Part shown: in pieces, positions 30,805 to 41,206 of the stretch
Numbering within the stretch: position 1 is the first letter of the stretch
Layout: every line of letters starts with the position of its first letter
Assembly (NCBI GenBank): GCA_049517435.1
Contig: JBEKRZ010000003.1
Location: 82,865-146,864 of the forward strand
DNA from: Smithella sp.
GTDB taxonomy: Bacteria > Desulfobacterota > Syntrophia > Syntrophales > Smithellaceae
DNA: 64,000 bases
Direction: 5' to 3'
Made by a program: the position numbers and the translations under genes
Notes under the pieces: generated by a model
Database searches by the model: none
The model's input: only the letters and a program-made list of their open reading frames with translations
What the model was told of the DNA's origin: nothing

Positions 30805-31947
30805 ATGTCAAAAAATATTTTTAGAATAGCTTTTGTTTTATTTTTTAGTGTATTAATGGCCGGAGTAGTCTTTGCCGCTCCCCCCCTGAAGATTGGCGCG
30901 TTATTTTCCGTGTCCGGACCCGCTTCATTTCTTGGTGAACCGGAACGCAATACGGCGGAAATGATGGTGGCCGATATAAACAAAGCCGGCGGAATAAAAG
31001 GGCACAAACTGGAACTTATAGTCTATGATACTCAGGGCGATGCCACCAAGGCAGTGCAGGCTGTTAACAAGCTGATTAAAGATGATAAAGTTGTCGCTAT
31101 TATCGGTCCCAGCACCACTGGCGATAGCATGGCCGTGATTCCCGTGGTCGAAAAGGCGGAAATACCTATGATTTCCTGCGCGGCGGGAATTAAAATAACC
31201 GATCCGGTAAAGAAATGGATATTTAAGACGGCGCAAAACGACGTTCTGGCCGTAATGAAAATTTACAAGTATTTGCAGAAACAAAAAATTTCTAAAATAG
31301 CTATACTTACTGTTTCGGATGGGTTCGGTTCTTCCGGCAGAGAGCAGCTTAAATTACAGTCTAAAGAATTCGGCATGCAGATAATTTCCGATGAAACATA
31401 TGGTCCGAAAGATGACGATATGACAATTCAATTAACAAAAATACGCGATAGCGAAGCTCAGGCAATTATCTGCTGGGGAACCAATCCCGGCCCGGCCAAA
31501 GTCGCCAGAAACGTCAAACAACTGGGCATCAAACTGCCTTTATTTATGAGTCATGGTGTTTCCTCTAAGAAATTTATTGAACTTGCCGGTGAGGGAGCAG
31601 AAGGAATCATTCTTCCTTCAGGGAAAGTCATCGTTGCCGATCAGTTGCCGAAGTCCGATCCGCAAAAGAAAGCGCTGATAAACTATGTAAACAAATATCG
31701 TGAGAAATATAAGGTGGAAGGCGATCATTTCGGCGGACATGCCTGTGACGCGATTATGCTTTTAAAGAGAGTTATCGAACAAGGAGCTTTCTCGTCCGCG
31801 GCAATTCGTGATCAGTTGGAGAAAACAAAAAACTTTGCCGGTATCGGAGGAACATTTACTTATTCTCCACAGGATCATGCCGGTTTGACCAGTGACGCCT
31901 TCGTTCTTGTACAGGTTAAGCAAGGCGAATGGAAATTGATTAAATAG
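30805..31947 (+). CDS. ABC transporter substrate-binding protein (LivK/aromatic-acid type)
   Basis: Signal peptide; KIGALFSVSGPASFLG, IIGPSTTG. Confidence 0.88.
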   Translation: MSKNIFRIAFVLFFSVLMAGVVFAAPPLKIGALFSVSGPASFLGEPERNTAEMMVADINKAGGIKGHKLELIVYDTQGDATKAVQAVNKLIKDDKVVAIIGPSTTGDSMAVIPVVEKAEIPMISCAAGIKITDPVKKWIFKTAQNDVLAVMKIYKYLQKQKISKIAILTVSDGFGSSGREQLKLQSKEFGMQIISDETYGPKDDDMTIQLTKIRDSEAQAIICWGTNPGPAKVARNVKQLGIKLPLFMSHGVSSKKFIELAGEGAEGIILPSGKVIVADQLPKSDPQKKALINYVNKYREKYKVEGDHFGGHACDAIMLLKRVIEQGAFSSAAIRDQLEKTKNFAGIGGTFTYSPQDHAGLTSDAFVLVQVKQGEWKLIK

Positions 31948-32047
31948 AAATCTCGTGAGATAAATTAATCAAACTGTATAAGCGGCGCGGGCAATAATAA
32001 TGCCTGCGCCGCATTAATATTTATCGAGGAATCATAACATAGATTAA

Positions 32048-32932
32048 ATGGACATCTCCCGGCAATTATTTCAATATATCTTATCCGGCCTTTCTAACGG
32101 CGCTATTTACGCCCTGATCGGTTTCGGCTTTGCCATGATTTACAACGCCACCGGGATCATCAACTTTGCGCAGGGCGAGTTTGTGATGCTCGGTGGAATG
32201 TTAGCGGTTTTTTTTCTTACCATTTTACATCTGCCAATCGTGCCGGCAATAGTCCTGGCCATTCTTATTTCGACAATTGTCGGCGTCTGTTTTGAACGTC
32301 TTGCCATCAGACCTCTGAAAAACGCGAAGCCGCTTAGCCTGATTATTATTACTATCGGTGCGAGTATTTTTATTCGCGGGGCGGCCATGCTTATCTGGGG
32401 AAAAGATACTCACGCTCTGCCGGCTTTTTCCAGCAATGAACCTCTTTATATCGCTGGAGCGACTATCCTTCCCCAACACCTCTGGATTTTTGCCGTAACT
32501 GTTTTAATCATTATTTTTAGCAGAATTTTTTTTAATTACAGCGTTACCGGTAAGGCTATGCGCGCCTGCGCATATAATTCCCAAGCTGCCGGGTTGGTCG
32601 GCATAAATGTCAAGAATATGGTTTTGCTCTCCTTTGTTATCAGTTCGGCCATTGGTTCGATGGCGGGAATAATTATCGCTCCGCTGACCATGACTTCTTA
32701 TGACGTCGGAGTCATGCTCGGTCTGAAAGGTTTTTGTGCGGTGATTATCGGCGGAATGAGCAGCGGGTTAAGCACTGTGATGGGCGGACTTCTGCTTGGG
32801 TTACTGGAATCTTTGGGTGCCGGTTTTATCTCTGCCAGCTACAAAGACGCAATTGCTTTTATAATTTTACTGTTGATACTTTTTGTCCGGCCGGAAGGTT
32901 TATTCAAGAAAAAAGAAACGGAAAGGTTTTAA
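32048..32932 (+). CDS. livH: LivH-type ABC permease
   Basis: GAIYALIGFG, INFAQGEF, GKAMRA, RPEGLF. Confidence 0.88.
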   Translation: MDISRQLFQYILSGLSNGAIYALIGFGFAMIYNATGIINFAQGEFVMLGGMLAVFFLTILHLPIVPAIVLAILISTIVGVCFERLAIRPLKNAKPLSLIIITIGASIFIRGAAMLIWGKDTHALPAFSSNEPLYIAGATILPQHLWIFAVTVLIIIFSRIFFNYSVTGKAMRACAYNSQAAGLVGINVKNMVLLSFVISSAIGSMAGIIIAPLTMTSYDVGVMLGLKGFCAVIIGGMSSGLSTVMGGLLLGLLESLGAGFISASYKDAIAFIILLLILFVRPEGLFKKKETERF

Positions 32933-32996
32933 CTCCAGGATTCCTGGTATTTTTCAGCAGAAAATGGTTCTGGTCTGAGAATTGAGATTAAATATC

Positions 32997-33977
32997 ATGA
33001 CGGGGAAAAAACGCCAAATACTGATTTTTTTAATTTTTGCGGCATCCGTACTGTTGGCGCCGCTTTTTTTAAAAGGCAATTATCTTTTAAATGTGTTTGT
33101 TTTTGTCGGCATCAACACCATGCTAGCCATAGCGTTGAATCTCTTGCTGGGATATGCCGGACAGATTTCCCTCGGGCATGCCGCTTTCTTCGGTTTGGGC
33201 GCGTATATTTCCGGTATAATAACGACAAGATTTCCGGTTGATCCTTTTTTTGTCATCATTCTGGCTGCTGTTTTTGCCGGAGCGCTGGCTTTTGTCATCG
33301 GCTTTCCTATTTTAAAGCTGAAGGGACATTATCTAGCGATGGCCACACTTGGTTTTGGTATTATCATGTACATTGTTTTCAACGAGACTGTTGAATTTAC
33401 CGGAGGTCCATCAGGGTTATCCGGCATACCTAATCTTCATATCGGTTCATTGATTTTTGACAATGATCTGAATAATTATTATTTGGTCTGGCTGTTTGCT
33501 CTGGCCGTCATGTTATTATCGATCAATTTATCCCAATCGAGAATCGGCCGGGCGCTGAGAGCCATTAATGATTCGGAGGTGGCTGCCCGTGTCATGGGCG
33601 TTAATGCCCGAATTATAAAAGTGCAGATTTTTACGGTTTCCGCCGTTATTTCCGCTATTGCCGGAAGCCTCTACGCCCATATCATGACTTTTATTGCTCC
33701 GTCATCTTTCGGTTTCAATTTTTCCGTGGAACTGCTGACAATGGTGGTTATCGGCGGCCTCGGCAGTATTTATGGATCATTTCTGGGCGCGGCAATTTTA
33801 ACGATGCTGCCGGAATTTCTGCGCGTTTTTCAGGATTTTGATATTGTTATTTACGGATTGATGCTGATTTTAATGACCATGTTCATGCCCGGCGGCTTGA
33901 TCAGCGGTATTCAAAAAATGACTGAATTTGCCGCCGCGAGAATGAAGAAAAAAAGGGATAGCGATGCTCAAGCTTAA
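32997..33977 (+). CDS. livM: LivM-type ABC permease
   Basis: GYAGQISLGHAAFFG, GHYLAMAT, TGGPSG, PGGL. Confidence 0.88.
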   Translation: MTGKKRQILIFLIFAASVLLAPLFLKGNYLLNVFVFVGINTMLAIALNLLLGYAGQISLGHAAFFGLGAYISGIITTRFPVDPFFVIILAAVFAGALAFVIGFPILKLKGHYLAMATLGFGIIMYIVFNETVEFTGGPSGLSGIPNLHIGSLIFDNDLNNYYLVWLFALAVMLLSINLSQSRIGRALRAINDSEVAARVMGVNARIIKVQIFTVSAVISAIAGSLYAHIMTFIAPSSFGFNFSVELLTMVVIGGLGSIYGSFLGAAILTMLPEFLRVFQDFDIVIYGLMLILMTMFMPGGLISGIQKMTEFAAARMKKKRDSDAQA

Positions 33978-34716
33978 CGGCATAACCAAAATATTCGGCG
34001 GGCTGACCGCGCTGGAAGATGTTTCTTTTTGCGTTGCCGATGGGTCAATAACCGGTGTTATCGGTCCTAACGGAGCTGGAAAGACTACGCTGTTCAATAT
34101 CATAACAGGCCTCTATACCCAGACAGCGGGAGAAGTTTATTTTGCTGAAAAGAATATTTCGTTTTTTCCGCCCGAGGCGCTTGCCGGACTTGGTTTGGTG
34201 CGTACATTCCAAAATGTGGAACTGTTCGGGCAAATGACAGTTCTGGAAAATGTTATGGTCGGGCTCCACACCAGGAGTAAGAGCGGTATTTTTTCCAGTG
34301 CTTTCAAACTGCCCGGTCAAATAAAAGAAGAAAGATATATTAAGGAAAAGAGCTTACAGTGGTTGGAATTTACCGGCCTGACGGATTTGGCAGGTGTTCA
34401 AGCCAGTAATTTACCTTTTGGAAAGGGAAGGATGTTGGAAATTTCCAGAGCGTTGGCCGTAGAACCAAGAGCTATTTTGATGGACGAGCCTGCGGCGGGG
34501 TTAAATAGCAGGGAAACAGCCGAACTTGCCCTGCTCATTCGCAGGATCAGAGAATCCGGCATAACTGTAACGCTTGTGGAGCACGATATGGAACTGGTAA
34601 TGGATATTTGTGATTCAATCATTGTTTTGAATCTGGGGAAAAAACTGGCGGAAGGAACGCCGCGGGAAATTCAGGAAAACCCGGAGGTAATATCGGCATA
34701 CTTAGGCGAGGACTGA
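33964..34716 (+). CDS. livG: LivG-type ABC ATPase
   Basis: GPNGAGKTT, RTFQN, DEPAAG, EHDM. Confidence 0.9.
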   Translation: MLKLNGITKIFGGLTALEDVSFCVADGSITGVIGPNGAGKTTLFNIITGLYTQTAGEVYFAEKNISFFPPEALAGLGLVRTFQNVELFGQMTVLENVMVGLHTRSKSGIFSSAFKLPGQIKEERYIKEKSLQWLEFTGLTDLAGVQASNLPFGKGRMLEISRALAVEPRAILMDEPAAGLNSRETAELALLIRRIRESGITVTLVEHDMELVMDICDSIIVLNLGKKLAEGTPREIQENPEVISAYLGED

Positions 34717-34838
34717 TACCGCTTCGCTTTCTTTGGCTAACTTTGTTGGCTGCGTCGTCGGCTTCCTCGACGGATTATTAATACGCCTGCGGAGCCTCCT
34801 CCTTGCCGCCGCGTTATCCTTTGAAATCGAAACGGTAT
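34716..34838. mobile_element. Family A MITE variant inside the operon
   Basis: TIRs ATACCGCTTCGCTTTC / GAAATCGAAACGGTAT; interior matches 37180-37265 and 47010-47197. Confidence 0.8.
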
Positions 34839-34880
34839 GACGGATGCTAAAGATAAATTAAATATGATAAAAAGAATATT

Positions 34881-35627
34881 ATGCTGAAAATAAAAAATAT
34901 CAACACCTATTACGGACAGGCGCAGGCGTTGAAAAACGTTTCTCTGCATCTGACTGAAGGAGAGATAGTCACTCTTATTGGCGCCAATGGTGCCGGGAAG
35001 ACGACGCTTCTTAATTCTTTGTCCGGAGTCGTGCCTCCTCGCAGCGGTCAAATTATTTTTAATAATATGCCCATAAATAATCTTGCTACGCATCGAATTG
35101 TCCAGATGGGGATTTCCCAGGTTCCGGAGGGAAGACAGGTTTTTAAACCTCTTTCTGTGGAGGATAACCTGGAATTAGGCGCCTACTTGCACTACAAGAT
35201 GTTGAGTGGCGGCAAAGCTGAAGTGAAAAAAACCAGCGAGATGGTTTATACTTTGTTTCCTATTCTACGAGAACGGCAGAAGCAGCTTGCCGGAACATTA
35301 TCGGGCGGTGAACAGCAAATGCTAGCCATCGGACGGGCGTTCATGGCCAGACCGAAATTGATGCTTCTCGACGAGCCTTCCATGGGGCTTGCGCCCATGG
35401 TGGCTCAGGAAATTTTTAGGGTTATTGAAAATTTATCCCGGGAGAAAAAAACGACAATTCTTCTGGTCGAACAAAATGCGCGGGCGGCCCTGAGGATGGC
35501 TAATCGCGGCTATGTGCTGGAAAACGGCCGATTGATTTTAGAAGGTACCGCCTCAGAATTGCTGGAAAATAAAGATGTTCAACGGGCATATCTCGGTAAA
35601 GATAAGAAGGAGATATGGGAGAGATAA
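34881..35627 (+). CDS. livF: LivF-type ABC ATPase
   Basis: GANGAGKTT, VPEGR, LSGGEQQM, DEPSMGL. Confidence 0.9.
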   Translation: MLKIKNINTYYGQAQALKNVSLHLTEGEIVTLIGANGAGKTTLLNSLSGVVPPRSGQIIFNNMPINNLATHRIVQMGISQVPEGRQVFKPLSVEDNLELGAYLHYKMLSGGKAEVKKTSEMVYTLFPILRERQKQLAGTLSGGEQQMLAIGRAFMARPKLMLLDEPSMGLAPMVAQEIFRVIENLSREKKTTILLVEQNARAALRMANRGYVLENGRLILEGTASELLENKDVQRAYLGKDKKEIWER

Positions 35628-35706
35628 TAAAGACAGAAATAAGAAAAAGTTTCGTAGGATGGAACAAGAGCAGCGGTTCCATCAGATAAAGAGTAAAAAT
35701 TTTATT

Positions 35707-35830
35707 AAGCTGTTCAAAAATAGCCAGATGCAAGGCGTGCAAGTCCTGAGGAGTGAAGCGTACTTTTTACGTACGTTGCAGCGACGAAGGACGCACCACA
35801 ACGAAGCAGATGGTTGTTTTTCAACAGCTT
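35707..35830. mobile_element. Family B-related MITE with different TIRs
   Basis: TIRs AAGCTGTTCAAAAA / TTTTTCAACAGCTT; interior is an inverted homolog of 24285-24368. Confidence 0.75.
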
Positions 35831-35844
35831 TCCAGGAGGTTTTT

Positions 35845-37146
35845 ATGAACATCTGGGATGCAACTCATGAGTGTATGTTACGGGATGAACTCGAGCAGCT
35901 GCAACTGGAAAGGCTTCAGGCAACAATCAATAGAGTTCACAAAAATGTTACCCATTACCGAAAAATATTTAATGAACTTGGTATTATCCCGGAAGATATT
36001 TGTTCTTTGTCGGATTTGACAAAACTTCCGCTTACCACCAAAGATGACTTAAATCACAACTATCCCTATGGTATGTTTGCCGTGCCTCTGCGGGAAGTTG
36101 TCCGTATTCATTCTTCATCGGGGACCACCAGCAAACCGATAGTAATGGGTTACACGAAAAATGATATAAAAATCTGGTCTAATTTGGTGGCGCGTTTTAT
36201 GACTGCCGCCGGTGTAACTCATGACGATGTAGTGCAAATAGCTTTCCGTTACGGTCTTTTCACCGGAGCTTTCGGCGTGCATTATGGCGCGGAAACCATT
36301 GGCGCGTCGGTGATTCCGATGGGCACGGGCAACACGGACAAGCAAATTATGATTATGCAGGATTATAAATCGACGGTATTGGTCAGCACGCCCAGCTATG
36401 CTGTTGCTCTGGCGGATCGTATAGAACAACTGGGCGTGGATCCTAAATCGCTTTCATTGAAAGTGGGGCTTTTCGGCGGAGAGTCCTGGTCGGAGAAGAT
36501 GCGCAACGAAATTGAAACCAGGCTGTTGTTGAGCGCGACCGACAATTACGGTCTTTCCGAAGTAATTGGCCCCGGTGTTGCCGGTGAATGTTCGTGTAAA
36601 CAAGGTTTGCATATTTATGAAGACGCGTTCATTCCGGAGATTATTGATCCCGAAACAGGCGCGGTATTGCCGTCCGGAAGCGAGGGTGAACTTGTGCTTA
36701 CTACACTTACCAAAGAAGCCTTTCCCATGATTCGCTACCGGACAGGGGATATTACCAGCCTCGACTATACTCAATGTGAATGCGGCAGAACTTTGGTGCG
36801 CATGAAAAAAATAATGCTGCGTTCCGACGATATGCTCATTATCAGAGGTGTAAATGTGTTTCCTTCGCAAATCGAAGATGCACTTTTCAATATCGCGCAG
36901 GGTGAGACACCTTATCAGCTTGTCGTGGAAAGAAACGGAGCAATGGACAGCCTGGAGGTTGTCATTGAAGTCACGGATAAAATCTTTTCTCTGGAGCTGC
37001 AAAAGCAGAGGTCTTTTCTGGAAGCGATTAAAAAGCGTATCGGATCGGTAACCGGCATTAATGTTGAGGTTAAATTGGTCGAATCCAAAAGTATTTTGCG
37101 GCAAAAAGGGAAAATTGCGAGAGTTGTGGATAAGAGACAAATATAA
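35845..37146 (+). CDS. paaK: Phenylacetate-CoA ligase family protein
   Basis: RIHSSSGTT, YGLFTG, DNYGLSE, IRYRTGD, IIRGVNVFPSQIE; start placed after AGGAGG. Confidence 0.9.
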   Translation: MNIWDATHECMLRDELEQLQLERLQATINRVHKNVTHYRKIFNELGIIPEDICSLSDLTKLPLTTKDDLNHNYPYGMFAVPLREVVRIHSSSGTTSKPIVMGYTKNDIKIWSNLVARFMTAAGVTHDDVVQIAFRYGLFTGAFGVHYGAETIGASVIPMGTGNTDKQIMIMQDYKSTVLVSTPSYAVALADRIEQLGVDPKSLSLKVGLFGGESWSEKMRNEIETRLLLSATDNYGLSEVIGPGVAGECSCKQGLHIYEDAFIPEIIDPETGAVLPSGSEGELVLTTLTKEAFPMIRYRTGDITSLDYTQCECGRTLVRMKKIMLRSDDMLIIRGVNVFPSQIEDALFNIAQGETPYQLVVERNGAMDSLEVVIEVTDKIFSLELQKQRSFLEAIKKRIGSVTGINVEVKLVESKSILRQKGKIARVVDKRQI

Positions 37147-37155
37147 CAACTATTA

Positions 37156-37448
37156 ATACCATTTCTAAATCAAAGCGCTATCTTTGTTGGCAGCGTCGTC
37201 GGTTTCCTCAACGTATAACCTGAAGGTCACGCGTGTACAATACGCCTCGTCGCCTCCTCCTTGCCCCGTTGAAGCGGGACAGTTTCCAATCCCGATATAT
37301 CGGGATTGGATAATTCAACTTACAAAATTCAGTTCACTTTGCTCCTGAAATTTGAGTCTCATTACAACTAACGAATTCCAGTTAACTGCGTAACTGTAAT
37401 TCGAGTTTCACTGCCGCCTCGATATCATCTTTGATTTAGAAATGGTAT
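37156..37448. mobile_element. Family A MITE carrying nested insertions
   Basis: 20-bp TIRs; 18-bp insert at ~37216; family C element 37266-37411 containing a second C element 37285-37364. Confidence 0.85.
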
Positions 37449-37521
37449 AAGTAAATGATTTAGCGCAAATTTTTGATTATAAATTTTAATTTGTCGAATG
37501 GTAGATAATTTCTTCCGCCTG

Positions 37522-38193
37522 TTATTTCTTTCTGCTTTTCAACATTTCCAGTATTTTATCGTGATAGTAATAGACTACTATAAAAATAATTATACCTGCT
37601 GCCGCAAGGCAGGTTAAAAAAAGATATTGTCCATTGCCGGCATAGTATCCGGTGAAAGAAAGCATTATGGTGCCGAGCAGGCGGCCGATCGTGGAAATTA
37701 TGATGAATGTCCATGTAGGGATAAGGCTGACACCCATGATGTAACATAAATAATCCTTGGGGAATCCCGGAACCAGAAAGAGAATTAACGATACCCCAAT
37801 GCCCTGATGTTCCATAAAGTGATCAAATTTTTCAAATACTTCTTTCTTGACTACGTTTTCCAGAAGCGGTTCACCGAAAAATCGCGCCAGCATGAAAGCT
37901 ATCCAGGAACCAAGCGTAAGTCCGATTGTCGAATAAACAGTTCCCCAAAAAGGTCCATAAAGCATACCACCGATTATTCCGGTAAATTCTCCCGGAATTG
38001 GAGCGGCTACAACTTGCAGTATCTGGAGAAAAATAAAGATGAATTCGTCGTAAGGGTGGTATGACTTGATAAAATTAGATAATTTGCTTTTATCTGTAAA
38101 AAACAGATACAGATCAAAGTGGATGAAGATATAAACTGATAAGATGATAAACAGGAGTAAGAAAAGAACCCTGAAAGTTAAACGTTTATTCAT
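37522..38193 (-). CDS. TVP38/TMEM64 (VTT domain) membrane protein
   Basis: QVVAAPIPGE, GGMLYG, PGFPKDYLCY. Confidence 0.85.
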   Translation of the reverse strand: MNKRLTFRVLFLLLFIILSVYIFIHFDLYLFFTDKSKLSNFIKSYHPYDEFIFIFLQILQVVAAPIPGEFTGIIGGMLYGPFWGTVYSTIGLTLGSWIAFMLARFFGEPLLENVVKKEVFEKFDHFMEHQGIGVSLILFLVPGFPKDYLCYIMGVSLIPTWTFIIISTIGRLLGTIMLSFTGYYAGNGQYLFLTCLAAAGIIIFIVVYYYHDKILEMLKSRKK

Positions 38194-38211
38194 TAAGGAA
38201 TCTAATTGGTC

Positions 38212-38409
38212 CTATTCTTTAGCTTTATTTTCAATCTTCTTTGCTTCATCTTCCGGTTTTTTCTCCGGTTCATTCATTGCCTGCTTAAACCCTTTGATTG
38301 CTTTGCCTATTGAAGCTCCTAATTCCGGCAGTTTACCGGGACCAAAGATAATCAAAACTATAATCAAGATCAATATGAGATGCATAGGTTGCAAAAGTCC
38401 TTCAAACAT
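38212..38409 (-). CDS. tatA: Twin-arginine translocase TatA/E
   Basis: [24 protein letters not shown]. Confidence 0.92.
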   Translation of the reverse strand: MFEGLLQPMHLILILIIVLIIFGPGKLPELGASIGKAIKGFKQAMNEPEKKPEDEAKKIENKAKE

Positions 38410-38705
38410 GGTGTTGCCTCCCTTAACTTTAACTGATACCAAACCTTTTGATAGTTTTCGTCACAATGGTGAAAACTATAAGTTTGGAACTTATTGCAAA
38501 TCGTATAATATAATTTTACCTGCGTCAACCTTATTGTTTTCTGTAGCTATCATTAGACGTTGGAGGTTTTATTGTAAATTTCCTCAATCAAAACAGTTGA
38601 CTTTAAAAATACTCTATGTAAAAAAACAAACGGGAATTTTTTCAGTCGTTTAATTTTACCACTAAATTATCATCAGAAGTAAAGTAAAAGGGGGATGGAA
38701 TTTGT

Positions 38706-40064
38706 ATGGCTAAAGTGCCACAGAAGTTGGAAAAAACAAGAGCAGAGATTTACAAGAACGCGCCAATTGCCAAGTTTGGTGAAAGAAAGCCTGATTTCAG
38801 TACAATGGGGCGAAAAATAAAAAATCCCCATAAAAAATTCCGGGAGGTTGTTTGTGTGGAAGCTTGCCGGACACCTTACGGCCGTTCGGGTGGAGCACTG
38901 AAAGATTTTTCAGCAATGGAGCTGGGCGCGATGGCGATCAAAGAAGTTCTGCGCCGCACCGAAGGCAAGGTGAAGCCTGCGGATGTTGACTATATATTTA
39001 TGGGGCAGGTGGTTCCAGCCGGCTGCGGCCAGATACCGGGGCGTCAAGCAACCATTCTGGCGGGAGTACCGGAATCCGTGCCTTCCATTACCATCAATAA
39101 AGTCTGCTCTTCCGGCATCAAGACGATTGATCTGGCTTTTCAAATGATCCTCCTGGGACGCGCTGATATCTGTATTGCCGGCGGTCAGGAAAGCATGAGC
39201 AATTGTCCGTTTGTTCTGCCGGATATGCGCTGGGGCGCGAAGATGGCTCTGCCCAACGGCCGCGTCATTGATTCGATGGTTTATGACGGCCTGTGGGACG
39301 CCTTTTATAACCGGCATATGGCGATTCACGGATCGGAAGTGGCCGATGAGTTCGGGTTTTCCCGGCAGGAACAAGATGAGTGGGCGCTCAATTCTCAGAT
39401 GAACGCGGTGCGCGCGATGAATGAAGGTAAACTCGATGATGAAATTTTCCCTGTGGAAGTCAAGCAGGGTAAAAAAATAATCATTTTTGATAAAGATGAA
39501 GGGCCACGGCCAGAGACTACACTCGAAGGGCTAGCAAAATTGCCGCCGGTTTTTAATCATCTAAGCACCGTGACCGGTCAGCCGGGAAGCGTCACCGCAG
39601 GGAACGCGCCGGGTGTCAATGACGGTGGTGATGTTTGTCTTTTGATGAGCAGAGAGAAAGCCGGTGAACTGGGTCTCAAGTCAATCTTTACCATAGTTGA
39701 TTATGCCGAAGTATCACAGCCGACCAAAGACATCGCGACCGTGCCGGGTTTAGCCATTAAAAAGATTCTGGAACAAAACGATATGACGCTCGGCCAGATG
39801 GATGTGATCGAAATCAACGAAGCCTTTGCTGTCGTAGCGCTGGTGAGTTGCCGCTCGATTCTGGGTATGACTAAAGAAGAGATGTTTAAAAAGGTGAATG
39901 TCAACGGCGGGGCGGTTGCTTTTGGGCATCCCATCGGTGCTACCGGCGCCAGAATCGCCATGACGTTAGGCTATGAATTGAAACGCCGTGGCGGCGGCTG
40001 GGGGGTCTGCGGCATTTGCTCAGGACATGCGCAGGGCGATGCGATGTTAATCCGCGTAGATTAA
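38706..40064 (+). CDS. Acetyl-CoA C-acyltransferase (thiolase) with N-terminal extension
   Basis: NKVCSSG, GGQESMS, EINEAF, GHPIGATG, CSGHAQG. Confidence 0.92.
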   Translation: MAKVPQKLEKTRAEIYKNAPIAKFGERKPDFSTMGRKIKNPHKKFREVVCVEACRTPYGRSGGALKDFSAMELGAMAIKEVLRRTEGKVKPADVDYIFMGQVVPAGCGQIPGRQATILAGVPESVPSITINKVCSSGIKTIDLAFQMILLGRADICIAGGQESMSNCPFVLPDMRWGAKMALPNGRVIDSMVYDGLWDAFYNRHMAIHGSEVADEFGFSRQEQDEWALNSQMNAVRAMNEGKLDDEIFPVEVKQGKKIIIFDKDEGPRPETTLEGLAKLPPVFNHLSTVTGQPGSVTAGNAPGVNDGGDVCLLMSREKAGELGLKSIFTIVDYAEVSQPTKDIATVPGLAIKKILEQNDMTLGQMDVIEINEAFAVVALVSCRSILGMTKEEMFKKVNVNGGAVAFGHPIGATGARIAMTLGYELKRRGGGWGVCGICSGHAQGDAMLIRVD

Positions 40065-40081
40065 AAAAAATTGTCTTCATG

Positions 40082-40187
40082 CGGCTACCTTTGCTGACAG
40101 CGTCGCCGGATCCCTCAATTTGCCGTGACGTAACTGTGTGGCCTCGTTCTTGTCTCCCTGATAGCATCTCTGATTTAGAAATGCTAT
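40082..40187. mobile_element. Degenerate family A MITE
   Basis: GCTACCTTTGCTGACAGCGTCGCCGG and end CATCTCTGATTTAGAAATGCTAT resemble 37177-37210 and 37426-37448. Confidence 0.55.
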
Positions 40188-40308
40188 TGACATTAAATAA
40201 TATTTTGGTGTTTATTAAAAGCAGTCAGTGAAATTACCTGTTTAGTCTGGCAGGGCGTGATGTTTTCATTATTAACAATGATCAAATATTAATTGAAAGG
40301 AGGAAGCC

Positions 40309-41202
40309 ATGTATATTGACAGAAGAGATTTTCTTAAGTTGACAGGTTTCGGCACTGCTATGTTCGTATTGGGCCAGGGCACTTCAGTCTTTGGCGCTGA
40401 CGAGAAAATGGGCAGGGAAGATTTTATGTTTGTCCAATTTTCGGACACCCATTGGGGCTTCAATGATCCCAAGATCAATCCTGATTTTGCCGGCACACTG
40501 AAGAAATCGATTGAGGCCGTCAACAGTATGAGATCCCAGCCGGACTTCGTCATGTTCACAGGTGACCTGACTCACACTACGGAAGACCCGAAAGAAAGGA
40601 GAAAACGGCTGACTGAATTTCGTGACATCATCAAGACGCTGAAGGTAAAAAATATTAAGTTCATGCCGGGAGAACATGATGCCGCTCTCGATAAAGCCGA
40701 AGCATATAAGGAAATTTTCGGCGAAACTCATTACACCTTCCAGCATAAGGGCGTCAATTTCATAGTCCTGGATAATGTTTCTGAGCCGGGTTCATCCATC
40801 GGAGATGGGCAGGTGCAATGGTTGACCGCAGAGCTTAAAAAACTAGATCATGATTCGCGTGTTATTGTATTTACGCATCGCCCGCTTTTTGATCTCTATC
40901 CGCAGTGGGACTGGTTTACCCGGGATGGCTCCAAGGCAATAGAACTATTTATGCCGTTCAAAAATCTTACCGTCCTTTACGGTCATATTCATCAGGAACA
41001 TCATTATTTTACCGGACATATTCCGCATCATGCTGCAAAAGGCATGATGTTTCCACTGCCAGCTCCGAGGTCAGTACCTAAAAAGGCGCCGGTTGCTTGG
41101 AACCTTTCGCAACCTTACAAAGGATTGGGGTATCGCAGACTAGATGCAAAAGCCCAAAAAGCGGAACTCGAAGTAACAGAATATTCTGTACAGGGGGTAT
41201 AG
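40309..41202 (+). CDS. Tat-exported metallophosphoesterase (Icc/CpdA-like)
   Basis: DRRDFLK Tat motif; SDTH, TGD, GEHD, TH, GHIH. Confidence 0.85.
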   Translation: MYIDRRDFLKLTGFGTAMFVLGQGTSVFGADEKMGREDFMFVQFSDTHWGFNDPKINPDFAGTLKKSIEAVNSMRSQPDFVMFTGDLTHTTEDPKERRKRLTEFRDIIKTLKVKNIKFMPGEHDAALDKAEAYKEIFGETHYTFQHKGVNFIVLDNVSEPGSSIGDGQVQWLTAELKKLDHDSRVIVFTHRPLFDLYPQWDWFTRDGSKAIELFMPFKNLTVLYGHIHQEHHYFTGHIPHHAAKGMMFPLPAPRSVPKKAPVAWNLSQPYKGLGYRRLDAKAQKAELEVTEYSVQGV

Positions 41203-41206
41203 AAAG

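Noticed and set aside
35575-35844. 90-aa N-terminal extension of PaaK in the ORF track
   Set aside because: Overlaps livF and a MITE; a strong AGGAGG precedes ATG 35845.
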